Assembly (NCBI GenBank): GCA_963713975.1
Contig: OY970218.1
Coordinates: forward strand, 1,504,001-1,568,000
Direction of reading: 5' to 3'
Source: an uncultured Chloroflexia bacterium
GTDB lineage: Bacteria > Chloroflexota > Limnocylindria > Limnocylindrales > CSP1-4
DNA: 64,000 nucleotides
Shown: positions 30,180 to 39,654 of the stretch, in pieces
How positions within the stretch are numbered: the first letter of the stretch is position 1
Layout of the letters: every line of letters begins with the position of its first letter
Translations under genes and position numbers: made by a program
Notes under the pieces: generated by a model
What the model was told of the DNA's origin: nothing
What the model saw: the letters and a program-made list of their open reading frames with translations, nothing else
Databases searched by the model: none

Positions 30180-31307
30180 ATGAACTGGAACCGAACGATG
30201 GCGTTGCGGACGCTGGTTGCCATGATGAGCATCATGCTCGTTGCGGCCGCCTGCGGCAGCAGCACCGCCACGACGGCACCGGCCACCGAAGCACCGGCCA
30301 CCGAAGCACCGGCCACCGAAGCACCGGCCACCGAAGCACCGGCCACCGAAGCACCGGCCACCGAAGCACCGGCCGCCAACGCCATCTACACGCCGATGGC
30401 TGCCGCATCGTGCGACGTGAGCGGCAAGAACATCTACTTCCTGTCCGTGCTCAAGGGGCATCCCACGCTGCGCCTGTGGCAGCAGGGCTTCCTCGACCAG
30501 GCCAACGCGCTTGGCTACAAGAGCGCCACGATCGCCTCGCCGGATGACGCCGACTGGGCCAAGACGGTCGCCCTGGGCGAGCAGATCCTCGCGACCGAGA
30601 CCCCGGGCGAGTACGGCATGGTGTTTGGCTTTGTCGACCCGTCCGAGGCAGAGCTCATGAAGAAGTTCGACGACGCCGGCGTCCCGGTCGTCATCGGCCA
30701 TGTCGCAACGCCAGAAGGCACCTATCAGGGCGTCGAGGCGTGGGCAGCATTCATCTCCGAGAAGTGGGGCTCCGCCGCCGCGGACGCCATCGGCGAGAAG
30801 ATCGGCGGCACCGGCACCGTCGCGGTCACTGAGGGCTCGTTCAACGTCCAGGAGGACGCCGTCGCCAAGGCCTTCGCGGACCGGATGGCTGAGAAGTTCC
30901 CGAACGTGAAGGTGCTCCCGCCGCAGGAAGAGGGATTTGATCCCCCGGCCGCGATCGCCAAGGCCGTCGCCATCCTTCAGGCCAATCCCGACGTCGTCGG
31001 TGCCCTCTCGACGACCGGTGCCGGACCGGTCACGTGGGCCGGCGCTGCTGACCAGACCGGTCGCACCGTGTACGCCATCGGGCCGGACATGACCCGACCG
31101 AACCTTGACGCCGTCCGTGACGGCCTGATCTACGGCCTCGCCGCCCAGCCGGGCTACGAGGAGCACCAGGCCGCGGTCGACCTGATCACCAAGTCGCTGT
31201 GTGGCGAACCCGTCACCTACGCAAATGAGCTGCCGGCCCCGATTGTCTTTGCAGACGGGCTGGCCCCGTACTACGAGATCGTCGACAAGGTCGACGCCCG
31301 CAACTAG
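30180..31307 (+). CDS. sugar ABC substrate-binding lipoprotein (RbsB-like) with ATEAP linker
   Basis: Lipobox VAAAC; ILQANPDV and LAAQPGYEE; sits in the ABC operon; GGAGGAG RBS. Confidence 0.88.
   Translation: MNWNRTMALRTLVAMMSIMLVAAACGSSTATTAPATEAPATEAPATEAPATEAPATEAPATEAPAANAIYTPMAAASCDVSGKNIYFLSVLKGHPTLRLWQQGFLDQANALGYKSATIASPDDADWAKTVALGEQILATETPGEYGMVFGFVDPSEAELMKKFDDAGVPVVIGHVATPEGTYQGVEAWAAFISEKWGSAAADAIGEKIGGTGTVAVTEGSFNVQEDAVAKAFADRMAEKFPNVKVLPPQEEGFDPPAAIAKAVAILQANPDVVGALSTTGAGPVTWAGAADQTGRTVYAIGPDMTRPNLDAVRDGLIYGLAAQPGYEEHQAAVDLITKSLCGEPVTYANELPAPIVFADGLAPYYEIVDKVDARN
30276..30374 (+). repeat. perfect 15-bp tandem repeat GCACCGGCCACCGAA x6.6 (APATE)
   Basis: Six identical units plus a 9-nt partial unit. 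Confidence 0.97.
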
Positions 31308-31400
31308 CCGAACGCCGGTGGGCGCGGCGGGCTCGTCCCGTCCGCGTCCACCGGTACCAACCGGTCTGAGAGGACTCCCAGGGAACATGTCGTGGATGTC

Positions 31401-33026
31401 ATGAGTGACCATCAGGTTCCGACTGCGGCGGGGCAAGGGTCTGTCCAGGTCGAGGCACCGCCGACCTACGCCCTGCAGATGGACTCGATCGTCAAGACCT
31501 TCGGAGGCGTGCACGCCCTGCGTGGCGTGTCCCTGCAGGTCCGACGCGGCGAGGTCCACGGGCTCGTCGGCCAGAATGGCGCGGGCAAGTCCACGCTGAT
31601 GAAGATCCTCGACGGCTACTATCCCGCTGGATCATTTGCCGGAAGCATCCAAGTCGCGGGTGCCGAGGTGCGGCTGCGGTCCCCCAGAGACGCACAGGCG
31701 GTGGGGATCGCGATCGTGCCGCAGGAGACAACGGTCATCGAGGCAATGACCATCGCGGAGAATGTGCTGCTCGGCGAATTCGCGGCACGCCCATCCGGGC
31801 TGTTTGGTCGCAGTCGCGCGTCCGAACTGGCTGCCAAGTTCTTCCTCGACAACCATCTGCCGCTCGATCCCGATGCCCGCGTCGAGACCTTGAGCATGCA
31901 CCAGAAGCAGCTCGTGATGATCGCGAGGGCCCTGTACACCAAGCCACAGGTCCTGGTCCTGGACGAGCCCACATCATCCCTGACGTCCGACGAGATCGAG
32001 AACCTGTTCTCGATCGTTCGACGCCTCCGGGTGGACGGCCTGACGTGTCTGTTCATCACCCACAAGCTTGATGAGATCATGACGCTTTGTGATCGGGTGA
32101 CGATCCTGCGAGACGGGCTGACGGCAGGTGAGTATGCGCGTGCGGAGTTCCAGGCCGAGCGCCTCATCACCGACATGATCGGCCGCGAGTTGGGCGACCT
32201 CTATCCGCCGCGCCCGACCTTGCCCGAGGATGCGCAGGAGGTGCTGCGGGTCGAGGGGCTCTCCGTCGAGAATCCCCGCATTCCCGGCACCGAGCTTCTC
32301 CACGACGTGGACTTCACGGTCCGAGCGGGCGAGATTCTCGGCTTGGGCGGCCTTGTCGGCAGCGGCCGGAGCGAGCTGGTCACGGCGCTTTTCGGCCAGA
32401 CTCGGATCCTCCGGGGCAAGGTGACCCTGGAAGGCGAGGTGATCGAACCCACCGATGCCAAGAGCGCCATGGCCGCAGGCATCGGGCTCGTGACCGAGGA
32501 CCGCAAGAAGGAAGGACTCCTGTTCAACCTCAATATCCGCGAGAACGTTACCCTCAACATTCTCGACGAGGTCTCCAGGGGAATCGTCTTCAACCGCGGA
32601 AGAGAGCGCAGGAAGGCCAGCGAGATCGCGCAGAGTCTGTCGGTGAGCGCGCCCTCGACATCAACCAGGGTGATCAACCTCAGCGGCGGCAACCAGCAGA
32701 AGGTCGTCATCGGCAAGGTCCTGCTGTCCAGCCCCAAGGTTCTCCTCCTCGACGAGCCAACCAAGGGCGTGGATATCGCCGCGAAGGCCGACATCTACCG
32801 GCTCATGACGGGCCTGGCCGAATCCGGTGTCGCCATTGTCTTCATCTCTTCTGAGTTCCCGGAGCTCATCGCCCTCAGCCACCGGGTCGTCGTGCTCGAA
32901 GGTGGCACCGTCCGTGAGACGCTTGACGGTCCCTCCACCAGCGAGAAGCGTCTGATGCTGTCCGTGATGGGCGTCGAGCAGGCCGTCGAGGAAGCGCCGC
33001 TCGGCAACAGCTACAGCGAGGCTTGA
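31401..33026 (+). CDS. sugar ABC ATP-binding protein (RbsA-like, two NBDs)
   Basis: GQNGAGKST, LDEPT twice and LSGGNQQKV. Confidence 0.95.
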   Translation: MSDHQVPTAAGQGSVQVEAPPTYALQMDSIVKTFGGVHALRGVSLQVRRGEVHGLVGQNGAGKSTLMKILDGYYPAGSFAGSIQVAGAEVRLRSPRDAQAVGIAIVPQETTVIEAMTIAENVLLGEFAARPSGLFGRSRASELAAKFFLDNHLPLDPDARVETLSMHQKQLVMIARALYTKPQVLVLDEPTSSLTSDEIENLFSIVRRLRVDGLTCLFITHKLDEIMTLCDRVTILRDGLTAGEYARAEFQAERLITDMIGRELGDLYPPRPTLPEDAQEVLRVEGLSVENPRIPGTELLHDVDFTVRAGEILGLGGLVGSGRSELVTALFGQTRILRGKVTLEGEVIEPTDAKSAMAAGIGLVTEDRKKEGLLFNLNIRENVTLNILDEVSRGIVFNRGRERRKASEIAQSLSVSAPSTSTRVINLSGGNQQKVVIGKVLLSSPKVLLLDEPTKGVDIAAKADIYRLMTGLAESGVAIVFISSEFPELIALSHRVVVLEGGTVRETLDGPSTSEKRLMLSVMGVEQAVEEAPLGNSYSEA

Positions 33027-33027
33027 G

Positions 33028-34026
33028 GTGAGCACAGCCAGCAGCGTCTCCCGTCTCCCTGCGCCGCCTCCCGGATCTCCGAGTCATGCGCGCGTGCGTG
33101 GCGTGCTGGTCATCCCGGAGCTCAAGCGACTCCTGGTCTTGGTTGCGATCTTCGCGGTGTTCACCTACCTGAACCCTGCGTTCATCCGGCTCGAGAGCAT
33201 CGCTGCGATCGTCCAGGCGATGGCATTTGCCGGCATCGTTGCCGTGGGCCTGACACTGCTCATCATCGCCGGGGAGTTCGACCTGTCCGTGGGCTCCACG
33301 GCCTGTCTCGCGTCCATCGTTGCCGCGATGCTCATGACCGAAAGCCAGTTGGATCCGGTCCTCGCCATGGTCGCCGGTGTGGCGATTGGCGGGGTCGTGG
33401 GACTCGTGAACGCGACTCTCGTGCTCGTCGCGCGGATACCCTCCTTCATCGCTACGATCGCGATGCTCGGCATTGCCCGCGGCCTCGCCGTCTGGCTCAG
33501 CGGCGCAAGGCCGATCAACCTCCCTCAGCTCGCCACCTTCAGCGACATCGAACGGACGGCATCCGTCAGCGTGATCGTGCTCCTCGTCCTCGTGGTGCTC
33601 GGCCAGTTCCTGATCTCGCGGACCAACTTCGGCCGACTCATGTCCGCGACGGGCGGCAACGCCGAGGCATCGCGGCTGGCGGGAGTCAAGACCGTTCGCA
33701 TCAAGGGGATTCTGTTCGTCACGAGCGGACTGCTGGCTGGGCTCTCGGGCATCCTCGCCATCATGCACTTCGGGTCGGCGACGGCCACGACCGGCCTTGG
33801 GTGGGAGTTGTCGGCCGTGGCGGCCGTCGTGGTTGGCGGCACGAGCCTGTTCGGTGGGGGTGGCACGGTGGTCGGAACCTTGATCGGCCTGGCCATCCTG
33901 CAAACGATCACGAGCGGGCTCGTGGTCGTCCACATCGACCCGTGGTGGCAGACGGTGGTGATCGGCTTGATCATGTTGGCCTCCGTGTCCATCGACTCCC
34001 TGCGTCGGCGGGTGCGGCCGGTATGA
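33028..34026 (+). CDS. sugar ABC transporter permease
   Basis: GEFDLSVGS, IPSFIAT and WELSAVAAVVVGGTSL.GG. Confidence 0.93.
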   Translation: MSTASSVSRLPAPPPGSPSHARVRGVLVIPELKRLLVLVAIFAVFTYLNPAFIRLESIAAIVQAMAFAGIVAVGLTLLIIAGEFDLSVGSTACLASIVAAMLMTESQLDPVLAMVAGVAIGGVVGLVNATLVLVARIPSFIATIAMLGIARGLAVWLSGARPINLPQLATFSDIERTASVSVIVLLVLVVLGQFLISRTNFGRLMSATGGNAEASRLAGVKTVRIKGILFVTSGLLAGLSGILAIMHFGSATATTGLGWELSAVAAVVVGGTSLFGGGGTVVGTLIGLAILQTITSGLVVVHIDPWWQTVVIGLIMLASVSIDSLRRRVRPV

Positions 34027-34811
34027 GCGGCCAGGCGCAGTACACAGGGCGGGTCGCTGGCAAGGTCGCGATCGTCACCGGCGCGACCTCGGGGATCGGT
34101 CGAGCGACGGCCGTCCTGCTCGCCCGCGAGGGTGCGTCCGTGGTGGCCGCAGGCCGACGCGAGGAGCTGGGCGCAGAGCTCGTCGCGCAGCTGACTGCCG
34201 AAGGCCTGTCGATCCACTTCATGGCCACCGACGTCTCCAAGCGTGCGGACGTTGAGAGCCTTGTCTCAGGGGCGGTCGACCACTTCGGCCGTCTCGACAT
34301 TGTCGTGAACGATGCAGCCATGTTCCTCTATCGCGGCGTCGAGGACTGCACCGAGGACGAGTGGGACGCGGTGATCAACACCAACCTCAAGAGCGTCTAT
34401 CTCGTGTGCCACGAGGCGATCCCGCACCTGCGGGCGGCGGGCGGCGGCGCCATCGTGAACGTGTCCTCCGTGCACGCGTACGCGACCATGGAGCGCGTGG
34501 CACCGTACGCGGCCAGCAAGGGTGCGATCGTCGCCCTGTCCCGCCAGATGGCGCTCGACTACACGCGCGACCGGATCCGGGTCAACGCGCTCATCGTGGG
34601 TGGCGTGGACACCGCGATGGCCCGCAAGCACGCAGCTGCTCTCGGACAGACACTCGAGGCCACTGGCTTTACGGACGACGATCGAACGCTCGGTCGAGCC
34701 GCTCACCCCGAGGAGATCGCCACCGGGATCCTGTTTCTGGTGACGCCCGACGCATCGTTCGTGACCGGGTCGCCGATCTTCATCGACGGGGGCCTGCTGG
34801 CCAGGCTCTAG
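34023..34811 (+). CDS. SDR family oxidoreductase
   Basis: TGATSGIG and YAASK; ATGA overlap with the permease. Confidence 0.92.
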   Translation: MSGQAQYTGRVAGKVAIVTGATSGIGRATAVLLAREGASVVAAGRREELGAELVAQLTAEGLSIHFMATDVSKRADVESLVSGAVDHFGRLDIVVNDAAMFLYRGVEDCTEDEWDAVINTNLKSVYLVCHEAIPHLRAAGGGAIVNVSSVHAYATMERVAPYAASKGAIVALSRQMALDYTRDRIRVNALIVGGVDTAMARKHAAALGQTLEATGFTDDDRTLGRAAHPEEIATGILFLVTPDASFVTGSPIFIDGGLLARL

Positions 34812-34837
34812 GCCCGGAGCCAGGACCCGTCGGCCGG

Positions 34838-35100
34838 CTAGCCGATCGCGCCCCGGCCGGCCCGCAGCGTGACCGACACCGACTCGCGCGGCGCGAGCTC
34901 ACGCACAGCGCCCGCGTTCACCGCGTCGGCGAGCAAGCGGCCCGGCGCTGATGACGGCTCCACCGCGAAGGTGTCGCAGGTCCCCCAGAAGGCAGTACCG
35001 TCCGCCCTGCAGTCCTGTCAGAGAGGGCATACGGGAAGTCGCGCTGGTCCCAGAGCACGCTGAATGCCGGACGGCACCACAGAGCCGTGATCCGGACCTC
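34838..35100 (-). pseudogene. 3' remnant of a paralog of the 36832-37809 mutarotase-like gene
   Basis: Aligns with ~36850-37105. A 38-nt block is identical (34956-34993 = 36962-36999). Has a 1-nt deletion and a TGG>TGA change. Confidence 0.85.
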
Positions 35101-35104
35101 CAAG

Positions 35105-36196
35105 TCAGGGCTTCTCGGCAGCGGAGACGACGTCTCGCATCAGTTGGGCCATGAACGCCCCGAGCTGTGGCGCCCATCTCTCGCCGTCGAGTCCAGGGCC
35201 GGCGTGACCAAGCGCACTGTCAATCTCCACGTACTCAGCCCGCACGCCGGCTGCCTGCAGTCGGGCCATCACGATTGGCGCGAGGGCGGGTGGGAAGACC
35301 TGATCGGTGCGAGACAGCACATAGAGCACCCGGGCCTGGATCCGGGACAACTCATTCTCGACATTGAAGCGGGCCCAGGCCCGGCCTAGGGCGACCAGAG
35401 AGTTGGCATCGAATTCGCTGGCCCACTTGCGCGCTACGCGCTCGATTTCGGCTTGCCGTGCATCCGGGTCGGGAAAAGCGGCCGCGAGATGCTCACGCAC
35501 GCCATAGCTGATCAGGGTCCTGACGCGAAGCCGGGTGAGCGTGTCCAGCATTCCTCCCGTGTCGTAGTACTGCCCGTTGTTCCAATCGGGATCTGCTTCG
35601 AGCTCGGTTAGCAGTGCTGCCAGCCCCGCCCGGCCGTCGCACTTATAGTCGGCGGTCACCGGGACGATCCCATCCATGAAGTCTGGGAAGGTCACCCCCC
35701 ATTGGAATGCTTGGACGCCGCCATACGAGGGTCCGATCACCGCCACCAGGTGTCGCACGCCAAGATGCTGGAGCAGCGCCCGTTGGGCCGTGATGATGTC
35801 GACGAGTGAGATGTCCGGGAAGTCTGGGCCGTATCGTTGGCCGGTCGCCGGGTCGAGATGGGCTGGGCTGGTCGAGCCATACGGTGAGCCGAGCATGTTC
35901 GACGAGACGACAAACAGGCGATCGGTGTCGACGGACTTGCCCGGCCCGACCAGGGTGTCCCACAAGCCCTCCCCCATGGTCGACCCATCGCGTCCGACCA
36001 TGTGATGGTTGCTCGTGTAGCCATGGGTCAGAAGGACCACATTCCGACGACTCGGGGCCAGACGCCCGTAGGTTTCGTAGGCGATACGTAGTTCCGGCAG
36101 GATTCGTCCGCTCTCAAGGCGGAAGTCCTCCGCTGAGAATGTCCGGTCGAACACGCCACGCAGGTCACCTGTGGCCGCAGTCGGGAAGGTCGTCAT
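35105..36196 (-). CDS. MetX/homoserine acetyltransferase-fold alpha/beta hydrolase
   Basis: AYETYG.L, THGYTS, nucleophile GPSYGG, FDANSL, DQVFPP and LGH. Confidence 0.85.
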   Translation of the reverse strand: MTTFPTAATGDLRGVFDRTFSAEDFRLESGRILPELRIAYETYGRLAPSRRNVVLLTHGYTSNHHMVGRDGSTMGEGLWDTLVGPGKSVDTDRLFVVSSNMLGSPYGSTSPAHLDPATGQRYGPDFPDISLVDIITAQRALLQHLGVRHLVAVIGPSYGGVQAFQWGVTFPDFMDGIVPVTADYKCDGRAGLAALLTELEADPDWNNGQYYDTGGMLDTLTRLRVRTLISYGVREHLAAAFPDPDARQAEIERVARKWASEFDANSLVALGRAWARFNVENELSRIQARVLYVLSRTDQVFPPALAPIVMARLQAAGVRAEYVEIDSALGHAGPGLDGERWAPQLGAFMAQLMRDVVSAAEKP

Positions 36197-36209
36197 GCCC
36201 AGACCGCTT

Positions 36210-36779
36210 CTAGCGCCAAGCCCCAATGCGCGAGGGTGGGGGATACCGGTCCATTGGCAGTGCCACGTGCTCATCGACATCCACCTTCAGCACGGAGGCA
36301 ACGCGCACCACGTGGTTGTAGTAGGTGATCGCCAGCACGAGTTCGATGAGGCGCTCGCGGCCCAGGTGCTTCTCCAGGAGCGCCCAGGTTTCGTCGGAGA
36401 GCGAGAACTCAAGGGTTATGTCGCGGGCGGCTCTGAGGACGGCCCTATCGAGCGCGGGCAGCCACGTCGTCTGGCCATCGGTCTCGGCCATCAACGCGTC
36501 AATGTCCCGATCCGTCGCGCCGGCGCGCATAGCCTCCCTCAAGTGCCAACTGAACTCATAGGCGTTGGCGGTGACGTACGCCACCTGGACGATCGCCATT
36601 TCCCGCAATCGTGAGTCCAGGAGCGCTTCTGTCCCAAGCCATCTGCCGATCCGGGAGAAGAACACGTCGAGGGCGATCGGGTTGTTGGCCACCGCCATCC
36701 TGAGGTTGGTCGGAGGGGTCAGGATATGTCGGAGCTCCGGGCTGATGCCTTCGGGGGGGACGTAGGGGACTCTCGCCAT
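36210..36779 (-). CDS. carboxymuconolactone decarboxylase/AhpD-like protein
   Basis: LDSRLREMAIVQV..NAYEFSWH and IELVLAITYYN. Confidence 0.82.
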   Translation of the reverse strand: MARVPYVPPEGISPELRHILTPPTNLRMAVANNPIALDVFFSRIGRWLGTEALLDSRLREMAIVQVAYVTANAYEFSWHLREAMRAGATDRDIDALMAETDGQTTWLPALDRAVLRAARDITLEFSLSDETWALLEKHLGRERLIELVLAITYYNHVVRVASVLKVDVDEHVALPMDRYPPPSRIGAWR

Positions 36780-36831
36780 GCTGTCTCCTTGTCGGTGTCT
36801 TCAACGACCAGATCCGCCCGGCGTGTCACCC

Positions 36832-37809
36832 TCAGGCGGGGACCTCGTCGATGGCGCTCCAGCGCGCTCGCATCGTGAGCGAGACGGAGCCACCGGGCGC
36901 AAGTTCGCGCACCGCCCCGGCGGCGACCGCGTCGGCGAGCGAGCGGCCCGGCGCGGACGAAGGCTCCACCGCGAAGGTGTCGCAGGTCCCCCAGAAGGCC
37001 GCGCCGTCCGCCAGGTAGTCCTGCCACAGCAGAACGTGGGGAAAGTCGAGCACGTCCCAGGTGAGGGTGAAGGCCCGTCCGAACCGTGGTGCGGTGATCC
37101 GGACACCCCCGCGCCGGACCCCGAACGTGGTCTGCTCGTGGCGTCCATCCGGCAGCTCGGGGATCGCCGCGACGTCGCGCACGCCTCCTCCGGTCATCGG
37201 CGCCTCGGGGAACGGGAAGGGTGCCCCGGCGACGAGCGTGTTGTGCGCCTCGTCGAACACGGGTGCGGGGACCTCCGCGCCGATGGCGTCGATCTCGATC
37301 CGACCGCCGGCGAAGGTGCTCCGGTCGAAGCACGGGTGGTGTCCCCACACGTAGGGTGCGGTCGCCGAGCCGCGGTTCTCCGCCCGCTCGGACACGACGA
37401 GATTGGCGTCGACGATCTCGAGTCGTCGCGTTAGCCGGAACGGCGTCCGCACCATGTCGACCCACGCCTCGACGGTCAGCGCATCGCGGTGCGTGACCAC
37501 CCACGGCATCCGCATCGCCTCGCCGTGGAGCAGCGACAGGGCGGGACCGACGGCGCCCGGGACCGTCCCGGAGTATCCGGTCGTCGGGAACATCTCGAAC
37601 CAGCCGCCGGCGAACAACTCGATGAACGACTCGACGGACGCGTCGCCGGCCGGTCCGAGGGCACGTCGGTACTCCGCGGGGATGAACCCGGTGCGCTGCC
37701 ACAGGGCGTTCGCCCCGGTGGCAGCATCGACGATCGCGGAGATCGCGAACCCGGCGTCAGGGTCGCACTCAACCAGCAGCGGATCGCCGCCGAGGCGGAT
37801 CGTGGCCAT
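36832..37809 (-). CDS. aldose 1-epimerase/galactose-mutarotase-like protein
   Basis: GGWFEMFP, LHGEA..PW, WGHHP.F and AVEP. Confidence 0.8.
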   Translation of the reverse strand: MATIRLGGDPLLVECDPDAGFAISAIVDAATGANALWQRTGFIPAEYRRALGPAGDASVESFIELFAGGWFEMFPTTGYSGTVPGAVGPALSLLHGEAMRMPWVVTHRDALTVEAWVDMVRTPFRLTRRLEIVDANLVVSERAENRGSATAPYVWGHHPCFDRSTFAGGRIEIDAIGAEVPAPVFDEAHNTLVAGAPFPFPEAPMTGGGVRDVAAIPELPDGRHEQTTFGVRRGGVRITAPRFGRAFTLTWDVLDFPHVLLWQDYLADGAAFWGTCDTFAVEPSSAPGRSLADAVAAGAVRELAPGGSVSLTMRARWSAIDEVPA

Positions 37810-37820
37810 CGACCGGCCCC

Positions 37821-38675
37821 CTAGCTCGCCACCACCGGGTTCCGGAGGGTTCCGATCCGGTCGATCGAGACCTCCACGGCGTCACCGGCTTGCAGGTAGC
37901 GCTGCGGGCTCCGCGAGTGGCCGACACCGGCGGGCGTCCCGGTCAGGATGAGGTCGCCGGGTCGCAGCGTCACCAGGGACGACAGGTAGACAAGGAGATT
38001 GGCAACGGTGAAGATCATCTGGGAGGTCGATGCGCTCTGCAGCGTCTCGTCCCCGATGAACGTGGAGATGGCCAGGGTCTGCGGATCGCCAACCGTTGCG
38101 GATGTCGCCATCCAGGGGCCGATCGGGCAGAAGGTGTCGGGGGTCTTGCCCGTGACCCACTGTGAGACCCGGAGCTGGATCGTGCGCGCGCTCACGTCGT
38201 TGCCGATGGTGTAACCCGCGATGGACTGCAGCGCGGTCTCCGGCGTGAGGTTTCGGCCGCCCGGGCCGATCACGACGGCGAGCTCGCCCTCGTAGTCCAC
38301 CGCTGGATCGTCGGCGAGGAGCACGATAGGACCGTCCGGGTCCTGGATCGCGTTCGGGAACTTGGCGAAGATCTCCGGGAACGGCGGCGGGGCGATGTTC
38401 GCCTCCGCGGCATGAAGCCCGTAGTTGACCCCGACGCAGAGGATCTTCTCGGGGAGGGGCACGGGAGCCAGGAGCCGCACCGAATCCAGGGGCTGCGGCT
38501 GTCCGAGCCGTAGCGGCTGGTCCTCGCGCCACCCGGCAGCGGCGAGCGCGGCGACGCCGATGCGCGTGGCGTCCTCCGGAAGCGAGAAGCCCGAGGTGTC
38601 GATCGGGCGGACCGTCGCATCCTCGACCACGCCGAGGTGGATACCCTGGTCGTCGCTGTACCGAGCGATGAACAT
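37821..38675 (-). CDS. fumarylacetoacetate hydrolase family protein
   Basis: CVGVNY..H, DYEGEL, NDVSAR, GKTPDTFCPIGP and TGTPAGVG. Confidence 0.95.
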   Translation of the reverse strand: MFIARYSDDQGIHLGVVEDATVRPIDTSGFSLPEDATRIGVAALAAAGWREDQPLRLGQPQPLDSVRLLAPVPLPEKILCVGVNYGLHAAEANIAPPPFPEIFAKFPNAIQDPDGPIVLLADDPAVDYEGELAVVIGPGGRNLTPETALQSIAGYTIGNDVSARTIQLRVSQWVTGKTPDTFCPIGPWMATSATVGDPQTLAISTFIGDETLQSASTSQMIFTVANLLVYLSSLVTLRPGDLILTGTPAGVGHSRSPQRYLQAGDAVEVSIDRIGTLRNPVVAS

Positions 38676-38676
38676 G

Positions 38677-39654
38677 TCAGCGGACCTCCGTGCCGCGAGG
38701 ATCGACCGCGATCCGGCCCGTCTGGGGAGGGTCGCCGGTGAGACAGGCGATCACGCCGTCGATGGCTTGCGTCCGAACCCGGACCTCGGAGACGCTCGAG
38801 TACCAGGCGAGATGTGGCGACAGCGTAAGCCGCGGCGCTTGGAGGACGGGGTCGTCGGGACGCGGGGGCTCCGTTGCGAGGACGTCGAGCCCGGCACCGG
38901 CGAGGCGTCCGCTCGCGAGCGCCGCACACAGGTCGGCTTCGTCCACCACGCCGCCGCGCGACACGTTCACCACGATCGCCCCTTCAGGCATGATCCCGAT
39001 CTCGCGCGCCCCGATCAGGCCACGCGTCTCGGGCGTGAGCGGCATGTGGAGCGTGAGGATGTCGGACCGGCGAAGGAGATCGTCGAGGGAGGCGATCCGC
39101 TCCACTTGCTCCGGCACGGAGTCGATGTACGGGTCGTACATCACCACATCCTTGACGAATGGCAGCAGGCGGACCGCCACGGCCCGGCCGATCCGGCCAC
39201 CGCCGACGACGCCGGCGGTCAGCGCCTCGAGGGGAGCGATGGGCGTGACGGCGCGCCAGCCGGTGAAGTCGGCTCGTGCCTGCCGGTCGGCCTCGAGGAT
39301 CCGGCGCTGTACGGCGAGGATGAGCGCGAGGGTGTGGTTCGCCACCTCGTTCGTGGCGTAGTCGGGCGTGTGGTAGACGAAGATGCCTCGGGCCCGCGCG
39401 GCCTCGAGGTCGATCGCGTCGAGCCCCGTGCCCGCTCGCCCGATCACGCGAACGCCGTCTCCCAGCGCGGCGATGTGGGCGGCGGTCAGCGGGTTCGTGG
39501 TGACAATGACGGCCTGCGCGTCCCGCGTGGCCTCGCGGACCTGCTCCGGACTGTCGATGGGGGTGAGTCGAATGGCGGCGGCACCTGCGATGTGGCCCTC
39601 CTCGAGGGCCGTATCGCGGATCGTGCCCTCGGCGATGACGATCAGCGGGGTCAT
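38677..39654 (-). CDS. D-isomer-specific 2-hydroxyacid dehydrogenase
   Basis: GGGRIG, VNVSRG, LDVLATEP and SPHLAWYS. Confidence 0.92.
   Translation of the reverse strand: MTPLIVIAEGTIRDTALEEGHIAGAAAIRLTPIDSPEQVREATRDAQAVIVTTNPLTAAHIAALGDGVRVIGRAGTGLDAIDLEAARARGIFVYHTPDYATNEVANHTLALILAVQRRILEADRQARADFTGWRAVTPIAPLEALTAGVVGGGRIGRAVAVRLLPFVKDVVMYDPYIDSVPEQVERIASLDDLLRRSDILTLHMPLTPETRGLIGAREIGIMPEGAIVVNVSRGGVVDEADLCAALASGRLAGAGLDVLATEPPRPDDPVLQAPRLTLSPHLAWYSSVSEVRVRTQAIDGVIACLTGDPPQTGRIAVDPRGTEVR

Noticed and set aside
30276-30374. Repeat array as CRISPR
   Set aside because: Spacerless 15-bp in-frame coding repeat; no cas genes.
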